NCBI GenBank assembly: GCA_025924295.1
Contig: JAICEG010000001.1
Location: 1-37,838, forward strand
DNA: 37,838 nt
Source of the DNA: Vicinamibacteria bacterium
GTDB taxonomy: Bacteria > Acidobacteriota > Vicinamibacteria > Vicinamibacterales > UBA2999
Direction: 5' to 3'
Shown here: piece after piece, positions 7,823 through 16,105 of the stretch
Layout of the letters: each line of letters starts with the position of its first letter
Numbering within the stretch: position 1 is the stretch's first letter
The notes under the pieces: model-generated
The model's input: only the letters and a program-made list of their open reading frames with translations
Databases searched by the model: none
Told to the model about the DNA's origin: nothing
Position numbers and translations under genes: made by a program

Positions 7823-9496
7823 TTACTGCGTCGACGTCGTCGGCGACGATTCGTAGACGACCCGCCCGCCGACCATCGTCATCACCGGCTTGATGTCCTT
7901 GATCTGATCAGCCGGGATCGTCAGGTAATCACGATCGATCACCACGAGATCGGCAAGCTTGCCGGACTGTATCGAGCCGAGGTCGTTCTCGCGGACGAAG
8001 AAATACGCGTTCTTGCGCGTGTGTGCGATGAGCGCGTCTTCGCGATCGATCGGCTGATGGTTGACGACCTTGCCACCGACCATCTTGCCGGTCACTGCCC
8101 AATACAGCGTCATGAACGGACGATACTGGTTGACCTCGAACGCGTCGGTCCCAAAGCCCCACTGGATCCCGCTGTCCTGGATCGCCTTGAGCGGCGGCAT
8201 CGAGTAGCCGCGCTCACCGCGCCGACGAATGAACGCGGCGCCTGAGATCACACCACGAGGGTGCACACCAATGTACATCCCCAGCCGCTTCATGCGCTCG
8301 ATCTGCGGCGGGGTCACGCCTTCCATGTGCACGAACGACCAGCGCAGGTGCCGGATCGGCATCTCCTTCGCGATCTGCTCGACCTGACGAAGCTGCTCCT
8401 CGACGGTCCACTCCATCGTCGTGTGGATGAAGATCGTGATCCCGGCCTTCGCCGCCGCGCGCGCCATCTGTCCCCAGCTCGCCCACAGCTCCGGCGGCGC
8501 CGTCGGCTTCGTGTCGTTGATGGTGTCCGGGGTGTTGACCAGGCGCTCGCCCCAGTTGACGTGATCGATCCACTCGTCGCCATCGAAGTAGCGCAGCTTC
8601 GGAATCGCGGCGATGACCTGGTCCACGCCTCCGCCACGTCCACCGCCCCCGGCAGTTCGGAAACAGAAGAACCGCATGCTCAGGCGATTCTCACGTTGCC
8701 ACTGACGATAGATGTCTTCGTACTGACATCCACCACCCGACGATGTGAGGCCGGAGCTGTTGAGATCCCTGAGCATCTGCATGCTGCTCGACTCGAAGAT
8801 GTCTTTCGGCAGTTCCTTGAGGAAGCCGGCAGCGTTTCGAATCTGCCCTGTGCCCCCATCGCCGTTGATGACGCCGGTCGGCCGGCCGTTCGAGTCACGC
8901 ACGACCCAGGGCTCGTTGATCTTGTCCATCCCGGTCGCTTCGATCGCGCGGCTGTTCACGAAGGTCTGCTCGCGCGTGAACTGCAGGAAGACCGGATTGT
9001 TCGGCGCGATCTTGTCGAGCTCTTCCCGTGTGAACGGGCGCGGATCATCCGCGAACTGGTCCGGCGACCAACCACCCAGCGTGAACACCCACTGTCCCGG
9101 CCCCTTGACCTTGGCGCGCTCTCGGATCATCTCGGCAGCCTGCTTGCGCGACTCGACACCGTCGAGACGGAGCTCGAGCTGCCAATAGGCGCCCTCTTCC
9201 ATGAAGTGGCCGTGGTTGTCGATGAGCCCGGGTGTGACCGCGCGCCCGCGCAGGTCGATGCGACGAGTCTTCGGACCTGCCAGCTTCGTGATCTCCGCGT
9301 TTGTGCCAACGGCCGAGAAGCGATCGCCGGTCACAGCCACCGCCTGCGCAATACTGAAGCGATCGTCGACGGTGATGATCTTGCCGTTGACGAGAATCGT
9401 GTCGGGGGCGGCCGGCTGCTGGGCGTACATGACGGACGCGCCCGCCAGTGCCAACATCGCTGCCGCCACAGAGCCCTTCCAAATCGTCCGTGGCAT
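7823..9496 (-). CDS. Exported amidohydrolase family protein (Amidohydro_3 / YtcJ-like), copy 2
   Basis: 557 aa with signal peptide MPRTIWKGSVAAAMLALAGASVMYAQ. GGAGG lies upstream of the ATG at 9496. Motif PGLIDNHGHF. Tandem paralog of 6066-7769. Confidence 0.85.
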   Translation of the reverse strand: MPRTIWKGSVAAAMLALAGASVMYAQQPAAPDTILVNGKIITVDDRFSIAQAVAVTGDRFSAVGTNAEITKLAGPKTRRIDLRGRAVTPGLIDNHGHFMEEGAYWQLELRLDGVESRKQAAEMIRERAKVKGPGQWVFTLGGWSPDQFADDPRPFTREELDKIAPNNPVFLQFTREQTFVNSRAIEATGMDKINEPWVVRDSNGRPTGVINGDGGTGQIRNAAGFLKELPKDIFESSSMQMLRDLNSSGLTSSGGGCQYEDIYRQWQRENRLSMRFFCFRTAGGGGRGGGVDQVIAAIPKLRYFDGDEWIDHVNWGERLVNTPDTINDTKPTAPPELWASWGQMARAAAKAGITIFIHTTMEWTVEEQLRQVEQIAKEMPIRHLRWSFVHMEGVTPPQIERMKRLGMYIGVHPRGVISGAAFIRRRGERGYSMPPLKAIQDSGIQWGFGTDAFEVNQYRPFMTLYWAVTGKMVGGKVVNHQPIDREDALIAHTRKNAYFFVRENDLGSIQSGKLADLVVIDRDYLTIPADQIKDIKPVMTMVGGRVVYESSPTTSTQ

Positions 9497-9510
9497 CGCG
9501 GCCTCCAGGA

Positions 9511-10302
9511 TCAGCGGGGTTCGTCGGCTTTACAGGGCGTGGGATCCCATCCCTGGCGATCGGGGATTTTCTTGAACGGAACCGTCGACGTGTACGGCTG
9601 GGTCAGATACTTCGGATCCGTCACGATCGTCGTGGCGAGGAGCCACGTATCACCGTTGGGCTCGGTGAAGGTGTCGAAGTACTCGTCCACGGACGCGTCC
9701 TCGCTGTAGGGGACGCCGTTCCTGCGCAGGTAGCCCCCGGTCATGCGGGTCGTGCGCACGCGCAGTTGCCCCGTCCCCTTCGGGACCGCACCACCGCGGC
9801 CGCGGGAGCCAAGAAATTCCCAGGACGCGACCGAGTAGCCCTGGAGTTGCGGAGCCTGCCCGGCCGGTGCCGGGGCACCGAATCTGAGGGTTCGTGTCTG
9901 CGTGCCGGCGTCGGTGTCGAGTTGCAGCGTGTTGTCGTCAACCCAGTGGAAATGCACACGGCCCGGCACGCGCATCAAGGCAGGCGGGCCATAGGCCTTG
10001 CATTGATCGGGTTCCGCTTTCGATTTACCGAGGTCCCACGTATCGGCGATCTTGCGCGCTTCGGGCGTGAGCGGCAGCATGCTGTAGTCACCTTTCGGTG
10101 GGACCAGCATCCGCAGGTGCCAATGCTCGGTGACGATCGACACCCAATAGCCCGTGAAGTCTTTCGGTGCCGCCGCGCGCGCAGTGGGCGGCGGTCCGGC
10201 CGCGGCGCCACGCCCGCGCCCCTGTCCCTGCGCCAGTACGGCGGACGCGCCGGCCAGACTCAACACGAGCGCGACAGCGGTGAGGTAAGCGACGGGCCTC
10301 AT
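9511..10302 (-). CDS. Secreted protein of unknown function, WEG family subtype B (B1)
   Basis: ORF 9511-10353 trimmed to the ATG at 10302, which overlaps the MBL stop as ATGA. Signal peptide MRPVAYLTAVALVLSLAGASAVLAQ. Motifs DFTGYW, QCKAYG, LQLDTDAGTQTR, ASWE, LRVRTTRMTGGYLRRNGVPYSED, VTDPKYLTQPY and WDPTPC. Close paralog of 17882-18637. Confidence 0.85.
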   Translation of the reverse strand: MRPVAYLTAVALVLSLAGASAVLAQGQGRGRGAAAGPPPTARAAAPKDFTGYWVSIVTEHWHLRMLVPPKGDYSMLPLTPEARKIADTWDLGKSKAEPDQCKAYGPPALMRVPGRVHFHWVDDNTLQLDTDAGTQTRTLRFGAPAPAGQAPQLQGYSVASWEFLGSRGRGGAVPKGTGQLRVRTTRMTGGYLRRNGVPYSEDASVDEYFDTFTEPNGDTWLLATTIVTDPKYLTQPYTSTVPFKKIPDRQGWDPTPCKADEPR

Positions 10303-11363
10303 TTCTTGCTCAAGCTCGCAAATGCTGCTTCGACGAACATGTCGGTCGTCCACGCACCCGTGGTGCTTCCATAGCGGCCGTCATAGTCGCGCGTCGGTCG
10401 CGCGGCTTTCACCTGTGCCAGCGTCATGCCCTTGTCGATCATGTCCTGGATGCGATCGCGAACGATGTACAGCATGTCGCGGTAGTACGCGACCTCGGCG
10501 TGATCGGCAATGCGCCCGTGACCAGGAACGATCAGCGTGCCCCCGGCACCATGTGACTCAGGGACACACAGATCGATCAGCTTGTTGAGGCTGGTCACGA
10601 AGGCCTGGATGCTGCCGCCGGCTTTGAGATCGATCTGCGGGTAGCGCGTCAGGTCGATGAGGTCGCCGGTGCTGATGACATCGGACTTGCGGAAGAACAC
10701 GACGGTGTTGCCGTCGGTGTTTCCCGGGAGGTTCATCATCACGACGGGCTCGTCGTTGAAGTAGAACCGCTTCTGATCGATCGCGTAGGTATTGTCCGGC
10801 CACGAGTCGGGTGGAGTCGGAGACTTCTGGCCCGTGGGCGCCGACATCCGGTTGAGCACGTTCTGATGCGCCACAACCGATGCGCGGTTGTATTGGATCG
10901 TTCCCTGCGGACCAGCCGTGTAGTTCGCGTCGCGCAGCGGAACGGTCTCCCCCTTGCCCGCGATTACGGCATTGCCGCCCGTGTGCTCGGGATGCTCGGT
11001 CGTGTTGATCACATAACGAAGCGGCTTGCGTGGCGGGGCGATGCGCTGCACCGCAGCCCATACCTTGTCGCTCATCGAGGCGATGCCGGTATCGACGAGG
11101 AGGATGCCCTGCTCTCCCGTCTGCACGGTGACGTTGCCACCGGCGCCGATGATGACGGACACCTGGCCCCGTACGGGGAGGACCTCAACCTCCCCGGCTG
11201 CTGGTTCTTCCAGTTTGGGCGGCCAGACCTGTTTCTGGCCTGCCCCCTGAGCAGCCTGGGTGTAGACCCGCTCGGCGGGGATCAGCAGCGCGAACACGAA
11301 CGCCGCCGCTACGCAGGCGAGCAGCAGACGCGACGCGGGTAGATGACGATGAAGTGGCTTCAA
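10299..11363 (-). CDS. Exported MBL-fold metallo-hydrolase, paralog 2 (divergent ligand motifs)
   Basis: 354 aa. TTG start at 11363 overlaps the upstream stop as TTGA. N-terminus MKPLHRHLPASRLLLACVAAAFVFALLIPA. Fold motifs ILLVDTGIAS, RYVINTTEHPEHTGGN (10974-11003), LPGNTDGNTVVFFRKSDVISTGDLI and IVPGHGRI. Confidence 0.8.
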   Translation of the reverse strand: MKPLHRHLPASRLLLACVAAAFVFALLIPAERVYTQAAQGAGQKQVWPPKLEEPAAGEVEVLPVRGQVSVIIGAGGNVTVQTGEQGILLVDTGIASMSDKVWAAVQRIAPPRKPLRYVINTTEHPEHTGGNAVIAGKGETVPLRDANYTAGPQGTIQYNRASVVAHQNVLNRMSAPTGQKSPTPPDSWPDNTYAIDQKRFYFNDEPVVMMNLPGNTDGNTVVFFRKSDVISTGDLIDLTRYPQIDLKAGGSIQAFVTSLNKLIDLCVPESHGAGGTLIVPGHGRIADHAEVAYYRDMLYIVRDRIQDMIDKGMTLAQVKAARPTRDYDGRYGSTTGAWTTDMFVEAAFASLSKK

Positions 11364-12277
11364 TTTCCGCCCCCTCCTCCGCCTCCACGACCCAGGTCCC
11401 CGCGCTTCAACCCTTCGCGCTTCGGGAACGTCTTCATCTTGGCGATGTACTCCGGATACATCGTCTCCGGTCCCCCGAGCCTCGCCTCATACGGCGTGTT
11501 GAATCGATCGGTGAGGTTGGGATTCAAGCCTGGCAACAGGCTCTGCCCCGGAAGGAAGTGCCGCACTTCGCCTCGTGGCACCGCCACCTCCGTCGCCTCT
11601 TCGCACGGGTAGGGAGCGACGACGAGCGTGGGATCCTCGACCCAGGTCATCGTGGTGCGGATGTAGGGCTCCGCCATGAGGACGGGGTCATAGAGGATCG
11701 ACGTGATCTGCAGGTAGTCGCCCATGCGCCGCCACCGCGATCGCACGATGGAACGATCGCTCCGCATCAGCCCCGAGCGTCGGATGTAGGTTTCCTTGAG
11801 ATGCGTCGTGGTCGTGACGAGGACGTCGCCTTCCCAGGCGCCGGTCGTGAACCCGCTCCACGTGAACAACGCGTTGGCAGGCGGATGCGGGCGGCCATCC
11901 ATCCAGATGGTGGTCTCCTGCTCCTGCTGATTGAGATGCCCGTGATAGGCGATGACCTTCTGGGTTGCGTGATCGACGTCCGACCAGACCCGCATCTGGG
12001 AGAGCGGACCTTCCAGTGAGTAGTCCCACGCGTGCGGACGGCACGCGTACTCAGCCAGATCGTAGTCGTCAGGCGACCAGGTCTCGGCGCGCCACCGGCC
12101 CGCCGGGCTGACGGGCACGCCGGCATAGTCGCCGATCATCCCGCTCCCGTCCTGGTTGCGCGGCTGCGGACGCCAGAGCCCGGCGAGATCCGCCTGGGCC
12201 AAAATGGTGTGACCTGCGGCGACGGTCACGGCCAGGACCACGAACGACAGCCGCAGAACGATGCGCGACGAGTTCAT
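11360..12277 (-). CDS. Secreted protein of unknown function, WEG family subtype A (A1)
   Basis: ORF 11360-12361 trimmed to the ATG at 12277 (AGGAG upstream). Signal peptide MNSSRIVLRLSFVVLAVTVAAGHTILAQ. Motifs DLAGLW, YACRPH, IWMDGRPHPP, GAWEGDVLVTTTTHLKETYIRRSG, LYDPVLMAEPY and YPCEE. C-terminal tail GRGGGGGGGN. Confidence 0.85.
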   Translation of the reverse strand: MNSSRIVLRLSFVVLAVTVAAGHTILAQADLAGLWRPQPRNQDGSGMIGDYAGVPVSPAGRWRAETWSPDDYDLAEYACRPHAWDYSLEGPLSQMRVWSDVDHATQKVIAYHGHLNQQEQETTIWMDGRPHPPANALFTWSGFTTGAWEGDVLVTTTTHLKETYIRRSGLMRSDRSIVRSRWRRMGDYLQITSILYDPVLMAEPYIRTTMTWVEDPTLVVAPYPCEEATEVAVPRGEVRHFLPGQSLLPGLNPNLTDRFNTPYEARLGGPETMYPEYIAKMKTFPKREGLKRGDLGRGGGGGGGN

Positions 12278-12382
12278 TCCGCTGGCTCCTGATCTCCAGT
12301 GCTCCTCGAGTCCCTGACCGGCAGGTCCGGGCATCTTACGTTCACGACTACAACGCGTCAATTACGCGGCGGGGGTAGGCAG

Positions 12383-13435
12383 CTAGACGCCACCCCTTCC
12401 ACGGCCTCCCGGCCGCTGCAGCGCAAAATTCACGACCGCATCAGCCTTCGCGGTCGGCTTCGCATAGGCGACCGTCCCGCGCGGAACCGCGTCCGCCGCA
12501 GGAGTGCCCGACAGCGTGATGGTGAAGTTCTGATGCTCGTGCGCCACGAGCTGGGGCACGCGCCACACGGCCACATCGGCGTTCGACTTCTCGTCCTTCC
12601 GGGTGCCCTGATATCCGGTGCCTGTTGCCGACACGGCCTTGGTGCCGTCCGGCAGCGTGAGCGTGATCGTCAGATCCTCGGCGGTCAGCCCCTTGTCCCT
12701 GAGCCCCTCGTTCTCGACTTCCAGGGTGTAGGTCGTGCCGGTCGCGGATGGTTGTCCGCCGGTGAGCCGGGCGACGAGCGGGACCACCATTCCGAGCTCG
12801 TTCATCCAGTCCCAGATTTCCTTGAGCTGCGATTCGGGCACTCGTCTGGGCGAGAAATTGCCCATCCGCACCCGGCCGCGCTGCCGTTCGGCGTCGAGCT
12901 GCTTCCACTGTTCCGGCATCACGGTCGCGTGGTTGTAGACCTGCTTCTTGAACCACTCGAAGTCGGCATTCATCCCGGCGGCGCCGTGGCGAGGTGTGCT
13001 CATCGTGTTCCCGTGACACTGTCCACACCCGAGGATGTTCACGGCGAGCTGCTGCGCGCGCGGGCCGGTTGCCGGCGCCTCGTTCCGCCACTTCCCGATC
13101 GCCGGGGCGAACGGCAGCGTGTTCCAGTAGGTGACCATGTCGAGGATTTCCTTGTCGCTCAGCTGCGACGGCACGAAAGCAGGCATCCTCCACATCGGAT
13201 TCCTGATGGCCGCGACGGCCTGGTCGTAGGTGATCCTCCGCCCGGCGAGATCCGGTCCCCATCCCCCCTGTGCCTCGAGGCCGTGGCAATTCGTGCAGGA
13301 CGTATTGCCGAAGGCGAACACGGCTTTGCCGTTGGCGGGATCGCCAACCGCCTGCGCCGCATTCTGGGCAGCGCCGGTGTCCGCCTGGGCAACGGCAAGC
13401 ACGAGCATGACGAGGGCGAACAGAGTTGTACGCAT
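12383..13435 (-). CDS. Exported diheme c-type cytochrome with extra C-terminal beta-rich domain
   Basis: ORF 12383-13510 trimmed to the ATG at 13435 (MRTTLFALVMLVLAVAQA). Two CXXCH heme motifs were checked codon by codon: CTNCH at 13283-13297 and CGQCH at 13013-13027. The C-terminal ~130 aa (TYTLEVENEG...TITLTLPDGT...NFTITLSG) has no heme motif. Confidence 0.85.
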   Translation of the reverse strand: MRTTLFALVMLVLAVAQADTGAAQNAAQAVGDPANGKAVFAFGNTSCTNCHGLEAQGGWGPDLAGRRITYDQAVAAIRNPMWRMPAFVPSQLSDKEILDMVTYWNTLPFAPAIGKWRNEAPATGPRAQQLAVNILGCGQCHGNTMSTPRHGAAGMNADFEWFKKQVYNHATVMPEQWKQLDAERQRGRVRMGNFSPRRVPESQLKEIWDWMNELGMVVPLVARLTGGQPSATGTTYTLEVENEGLRDKGLTAEDLTITLTLPDGTKAVSATGTGYQGTRKDEKSNADVAVWRVPQLVAHEHQNFTITLSGTPAADAVPRGTVAYAKPTAKADAVVNFALQRPGGRGRGGV

Positions 13436-13649
13436 AGTCGGTGCCTCAGCTTGGTGGGTGCGTTTGCGATTCGCGCACCGGAGCGTAAAGCACAGTGGCC
13501 AGACTGTCAAACAGGTATATCACCGGCCTTCGCCAAGGCTACGGCCGGCAGGCCCGCCTCTTTGCCAGGCTTCGGGGAGGCAGCCATCTAGCGGCCGGTC
13601 TTTTTAGACCGCCGTGTGCTACAGTCCGCGCTGCCTGACGGAGGGTCAC

Positions 13650-14243
13650 ATGATCGGACGACTGCTCGTCTTCCTCCTCGCCTTTGGCGCCATCACCGCC
13701 ACGGCGCAGCAGCCAGCAGCGCCAGCACAGGGCGCACGTGCTCCCCAGCCACCGAGATTACGCCTGACGAGCCCCGGCTTCCCGGACGGCGCGAGCCTGC
13801 CTCTGCAGTTCACCTGCTACGCCGAGGGCGCCACGCCCGGATCTCCTCCGCTCCGGTGGACGAACGTGCCCAAGGAGACCGCGAGCTTCACGCTGATGGT
13901 GAACGGTCCCGACAATCATCCGGCCAAGGGCATCACCGAAGAGATGTTCTGGGTGCGCTGGAACATTCCACCGACCGCGACTGAGATACCTGCGGGAGTT
14001 CCGGTCGGCGCGTCGCTGCCCGACGGCAGCCGGCAGGTTGCCGGTGGACGCGGCATCGTGGGGTATCGACCGCCATGCGCGCCGGCGGGCGTGGGACCGC
14101 TTCACTATCAGTTCAAGCTGTATGCGCTCGACCAGATGTTGACGCTGCCGCCTGAGGCCACGCGTGCCGACGTCATGAAAGCCATGGACGGCCACATCGT
14201 CGGAACCAGCACCTACTACGCGTTCCTCGACAGGATGCCTTGA
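13650..14243 (+). CDS. Exported YbhB/YbcL-type PEBP (Raf-kinase-inhibitor-like) family protein
   Basis: ORF 13614-14243 trimmed to the ATG at 13650 ([21 protein letters not shown]). PEBP signature GPDNHP...WVRWNIP...[23 protein letters not shown]. Confidence 0.8.
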   Translation: MIGRLLVFLLAFGAITATAQQPAAPAQGARAPQPPRLRLTSPGFPDGASLPLQFTCYAEGATPGSPPLRWTNVPKETASFTLMVNGPDNHPAKGITEEMFWVRWNIPPTATEIPAGVPVGASLPDGSRQVAGGRGIVGYRPPCAPAGVGPLHYQFKLYALDQMLTLPPEATRADVMKAMDGHIVGTSTYYAFLDRMP

Positions 14244-14361
14244 GCATGGTGGATTCTTGATCTTTGAATGTTGATTGGTTGGTGATTGGGCACCAATCAA
14301 GAATCACGAATCCACAAATCGACAACCAATCAAAGATCAAAGAGCGCGCAATCAAGAATGT
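14244..14361. repeat. AT-rich dyad repeat built from TGATTGG / CCAATCA heptamers, copy 1
   Basis: Fills the whole gap between two convergent stops. TGATTGG at 14272 and 14283 faces CCAATCA at 14293 and 14326. An 11-bp outer stem pairs 14257-14267 with 14330-14340. Shares GATTGGTTGGTGATT and GATTCTTGAT with 15961-16105. Much lower GC than the flanks. Confidence 0.8.
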
Positions 14362-15399
14362 TCATCGTTCTTCAGCCCTGGCGCCGCCAAGGATGCCGCG
14401 CACGACGTGATGGTTGCCTTCGTGACACGCGAACTCCTGCAGGCGCTCGTCGGTCGACTTCAATCGAATGAGCGCCGTCCACGGCTTCGTCCACGTCGCC
14501 GGGTCATTGAATGTGAGCTCGTAGTCGAGCGTGGTCGGACTCGTTCGTGTGAAGCGCTCGACGAGATGCAGACCGTCGGCCGATCCCATGAAGAAACTCT
14601 TCGCCGAGAAGTTCGTCGTCTCGACGACGAGCGTGTTTCCTTCCCAGCGCCCACGTGAATCTCCGTTCCATTGACGCAGAGGCGATGGCAGATGCGGGCG
14701 CCCGTCCACCGGGATGACGCGCGCCTCGTGGTTCACCTCGCTCAGGAACACCACGTATCCAGGTCCCTGCACGATCTGGTGATAGCCGGTGTAGTTGATG
14801 TTGCCGGCAATCTTGGGCACGCCCCAGCTGACGCAACGAAGGACGTTGCTCAGATCCTCCGGACCGTTCAGCACTCGAACGGGGGCTGCCGTGGCCGTAG
14901 ACGCTCCACCAAACTGCCACGGCGTCGTCACGTTCGACGCGAGTCCTTCGAGTTGGCGACGACGTCCCTCCGGCGTGACTGGTGGCAGACGCCCATCAGG
15001 AGGATCCGTGATGAGTGAAGTGCGGTTGTCGAATTCCCGCGGCACCATGTTGAACACATTGCCTGTCGCATTCGGATTCTCGACCACGTCGGCATTGGCC
15101 CACAACGCCATGAAGAGGTTGTCACCGGGAATGAAGTCGCTCGCGGGATTGTTGAAGAGCCGCTCGGCTCGCAGTTTCAGCTGAGCGACTTCCGCGTCGG
15201 TCAGGACCTTGCGGTCCGCCAACGCTTTCGGCCGCTCGAGCGGCGTGATGCTGGTATCGGTCCAGACGCCCTGAAGGTCGGGCTGGCCATCCGGCGTGCG
15301 CGGCGGTGTCCCACCCTGCGCGGCCACGGAAACGGGGACCAGAATCGCGATCGCGATTGCGACCGATCGGACGAGCGAGAACGGCTGGCCTTGGAGCAT
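14362..15399 (-). CDS. Secreted protein of unknown function, WEG family subtype C (C3)
   Basis: 345 aa with signal peptide MLQGQPFSLVRSVAIAIAILVPVSVAAQ. Motifs DLQGVW, LRCVSWGVP, PVDGRPH, GRWEGNTLVVETT, FNDPATWTKPW and FACHEGN. Confidence 0.85.
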   Translation of the reverse strand: MLQGQPFSLVRSVAIAIAILVPVSVAAQGGTPPRTPDGQPDLQGVWTDTSITPLERPKALADRKVLTDAEVAQLKLRAERLFNNPASDFIPGDNLFMALWANADVVENPNATGNVFNMVPREFDNRTSLITDPPDGRLPPVTPEGRRRQLEGLASNVTTPWQFGGASTATAAPVRVLNGPEDLSNVLRCVSWGVPKIAGNINYTGYHQIVQGPGYVVFLSEVNHEARVIPVDGRPHLPSPLRQWNGDSRGRWEGNTLVVETTNFSAKSFFMGSADGLHLVERFTRTSPTTLDYELTFNDPATWTKPWTALIRLKSTDERLQEFACHEGNHHVVRGILGGARAEER

Positions 15400-15510
15400 C
15401 GAACTGCCATAGCGTTGACCAAAACCGCTGGGAGGGCAACCCGTGTGGTGCCAGGCCCTGGCCGCGTGTCAGAATGAAGACTCCCGCGAGATGGGATCAC
15501 CGGAGGAGAC

Positions 15511-15960
15511 ATGACGCGAGCGATGCTGGCTGGGGTGTTGGCGCTGACAGTGATAAGTGTGTCGCCACTGGCACAGAGCAAGACCGCAACGGTGGCAATC
15601 TACAAGACGCCAACCTGCGGCTGCTGCTCGCTCTGGGTCAAGCATCTCCAGCAGCACGGCTTCACGACCAAGGTCACCGACATGGACAGCGTGGACGAGG
15701 TGAAGAACACCAACGGCGTCCCGCGCCAGGCGCGCTCGTGCCATACCGGGATCGTCGATGGCTACGTCATCGAAGGACACGTGCCTGCCGCCGACATTCA
15801 GCGACTGCTGAAGGAACGTCCGCGCGGCGTGATCGGCCTTGCCGTACCCGGGATGCCCATCGGATCACCGGGCATGGAAGTGCAGGGCATGTCGGCGCAG
15901 CAGTACAACGTGCTGGCGTTCGACAAGAGCGGACAGACGACTGTCTTTGCGAAACATTGA
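15511..15960 (+). CDS. Exported DUF411 / CopG-like metal-binding protein
   Basis: 149 aa with signal peptide MTRAMLAGVLALTVISVSPLAQS. CxCC motif TCGCCS (codons 15616-15627). Motifs SCHTGIVDGYVIEGHVP and GLAVPGMPIGSPGME are typical of DUF411. GGAGGAG precedes the ATG. Confidence 0.8.
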   Translation: MTRAMLAGVLALTVISVSPLAQSKTATVAIYKTPTCGCCSLWVKHLQQHGFTTKVTDMDSVDEVKNTNGVPRQARSCHTGIVDGYVIEGHVPAADIQRLLKERPRGVIGLAVPGMPIGSPGMEVQGMSAQQYNVLAFDKSGQTTVFAKH

Positions 15961-16105
15961 TGATCGGTGATCTTGGATTATCGATTGGTTGGTGATTAGT
16001 GATTCTTGATGGTTGATTGCGTTCGTTACCAATCACCAATCAACGATCGCCAATCAACAACCAATCACCAATCACAGATCACACATCAACAATTGAGCCC
16101 CAGCG
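15961..16105. repeat. AT-rich dyad repeat built from TGATTGG / CCAATCA heptamers, copy 2
   Basis: Fills the gap between two convergent stops. The right half has five exact CCAATCA units (16029, 16036, 16050, 16061, 16068). The left half has degenerate complementary units (TGATCGG, GATTGGT, TGGTGATT, TGATTG). Shares 15- and 10-nt blocks with copy 1. Confidence 0.8.

Noticed and set aside
13591-13614. Small hairpin GCGGcCGGTCT-TTTT-AGACCGCCG upstream of the PEBP gene, considered as a terminator
   Set aside because: It lies in a divergent promoter region with no upstream gene to terminate. The stem is short with a bulge and has no trailing U-tract. It may be a 5'-UTR structure, but the evidence is too weak.
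14244-16105. Possibility that the heptamer-rich AT-rich regions are CRISPR arrays or coding (track ORFs 14173-14355, 14275-14658, 15767-16039, 16006-16224)
   Set aside because: The units are only 7 nt, have no unique spacers, and are arranged as complementary half-arrays. The ORF translations are low-complexity (LIGW/NQSI-type) and overlap real gene ends.
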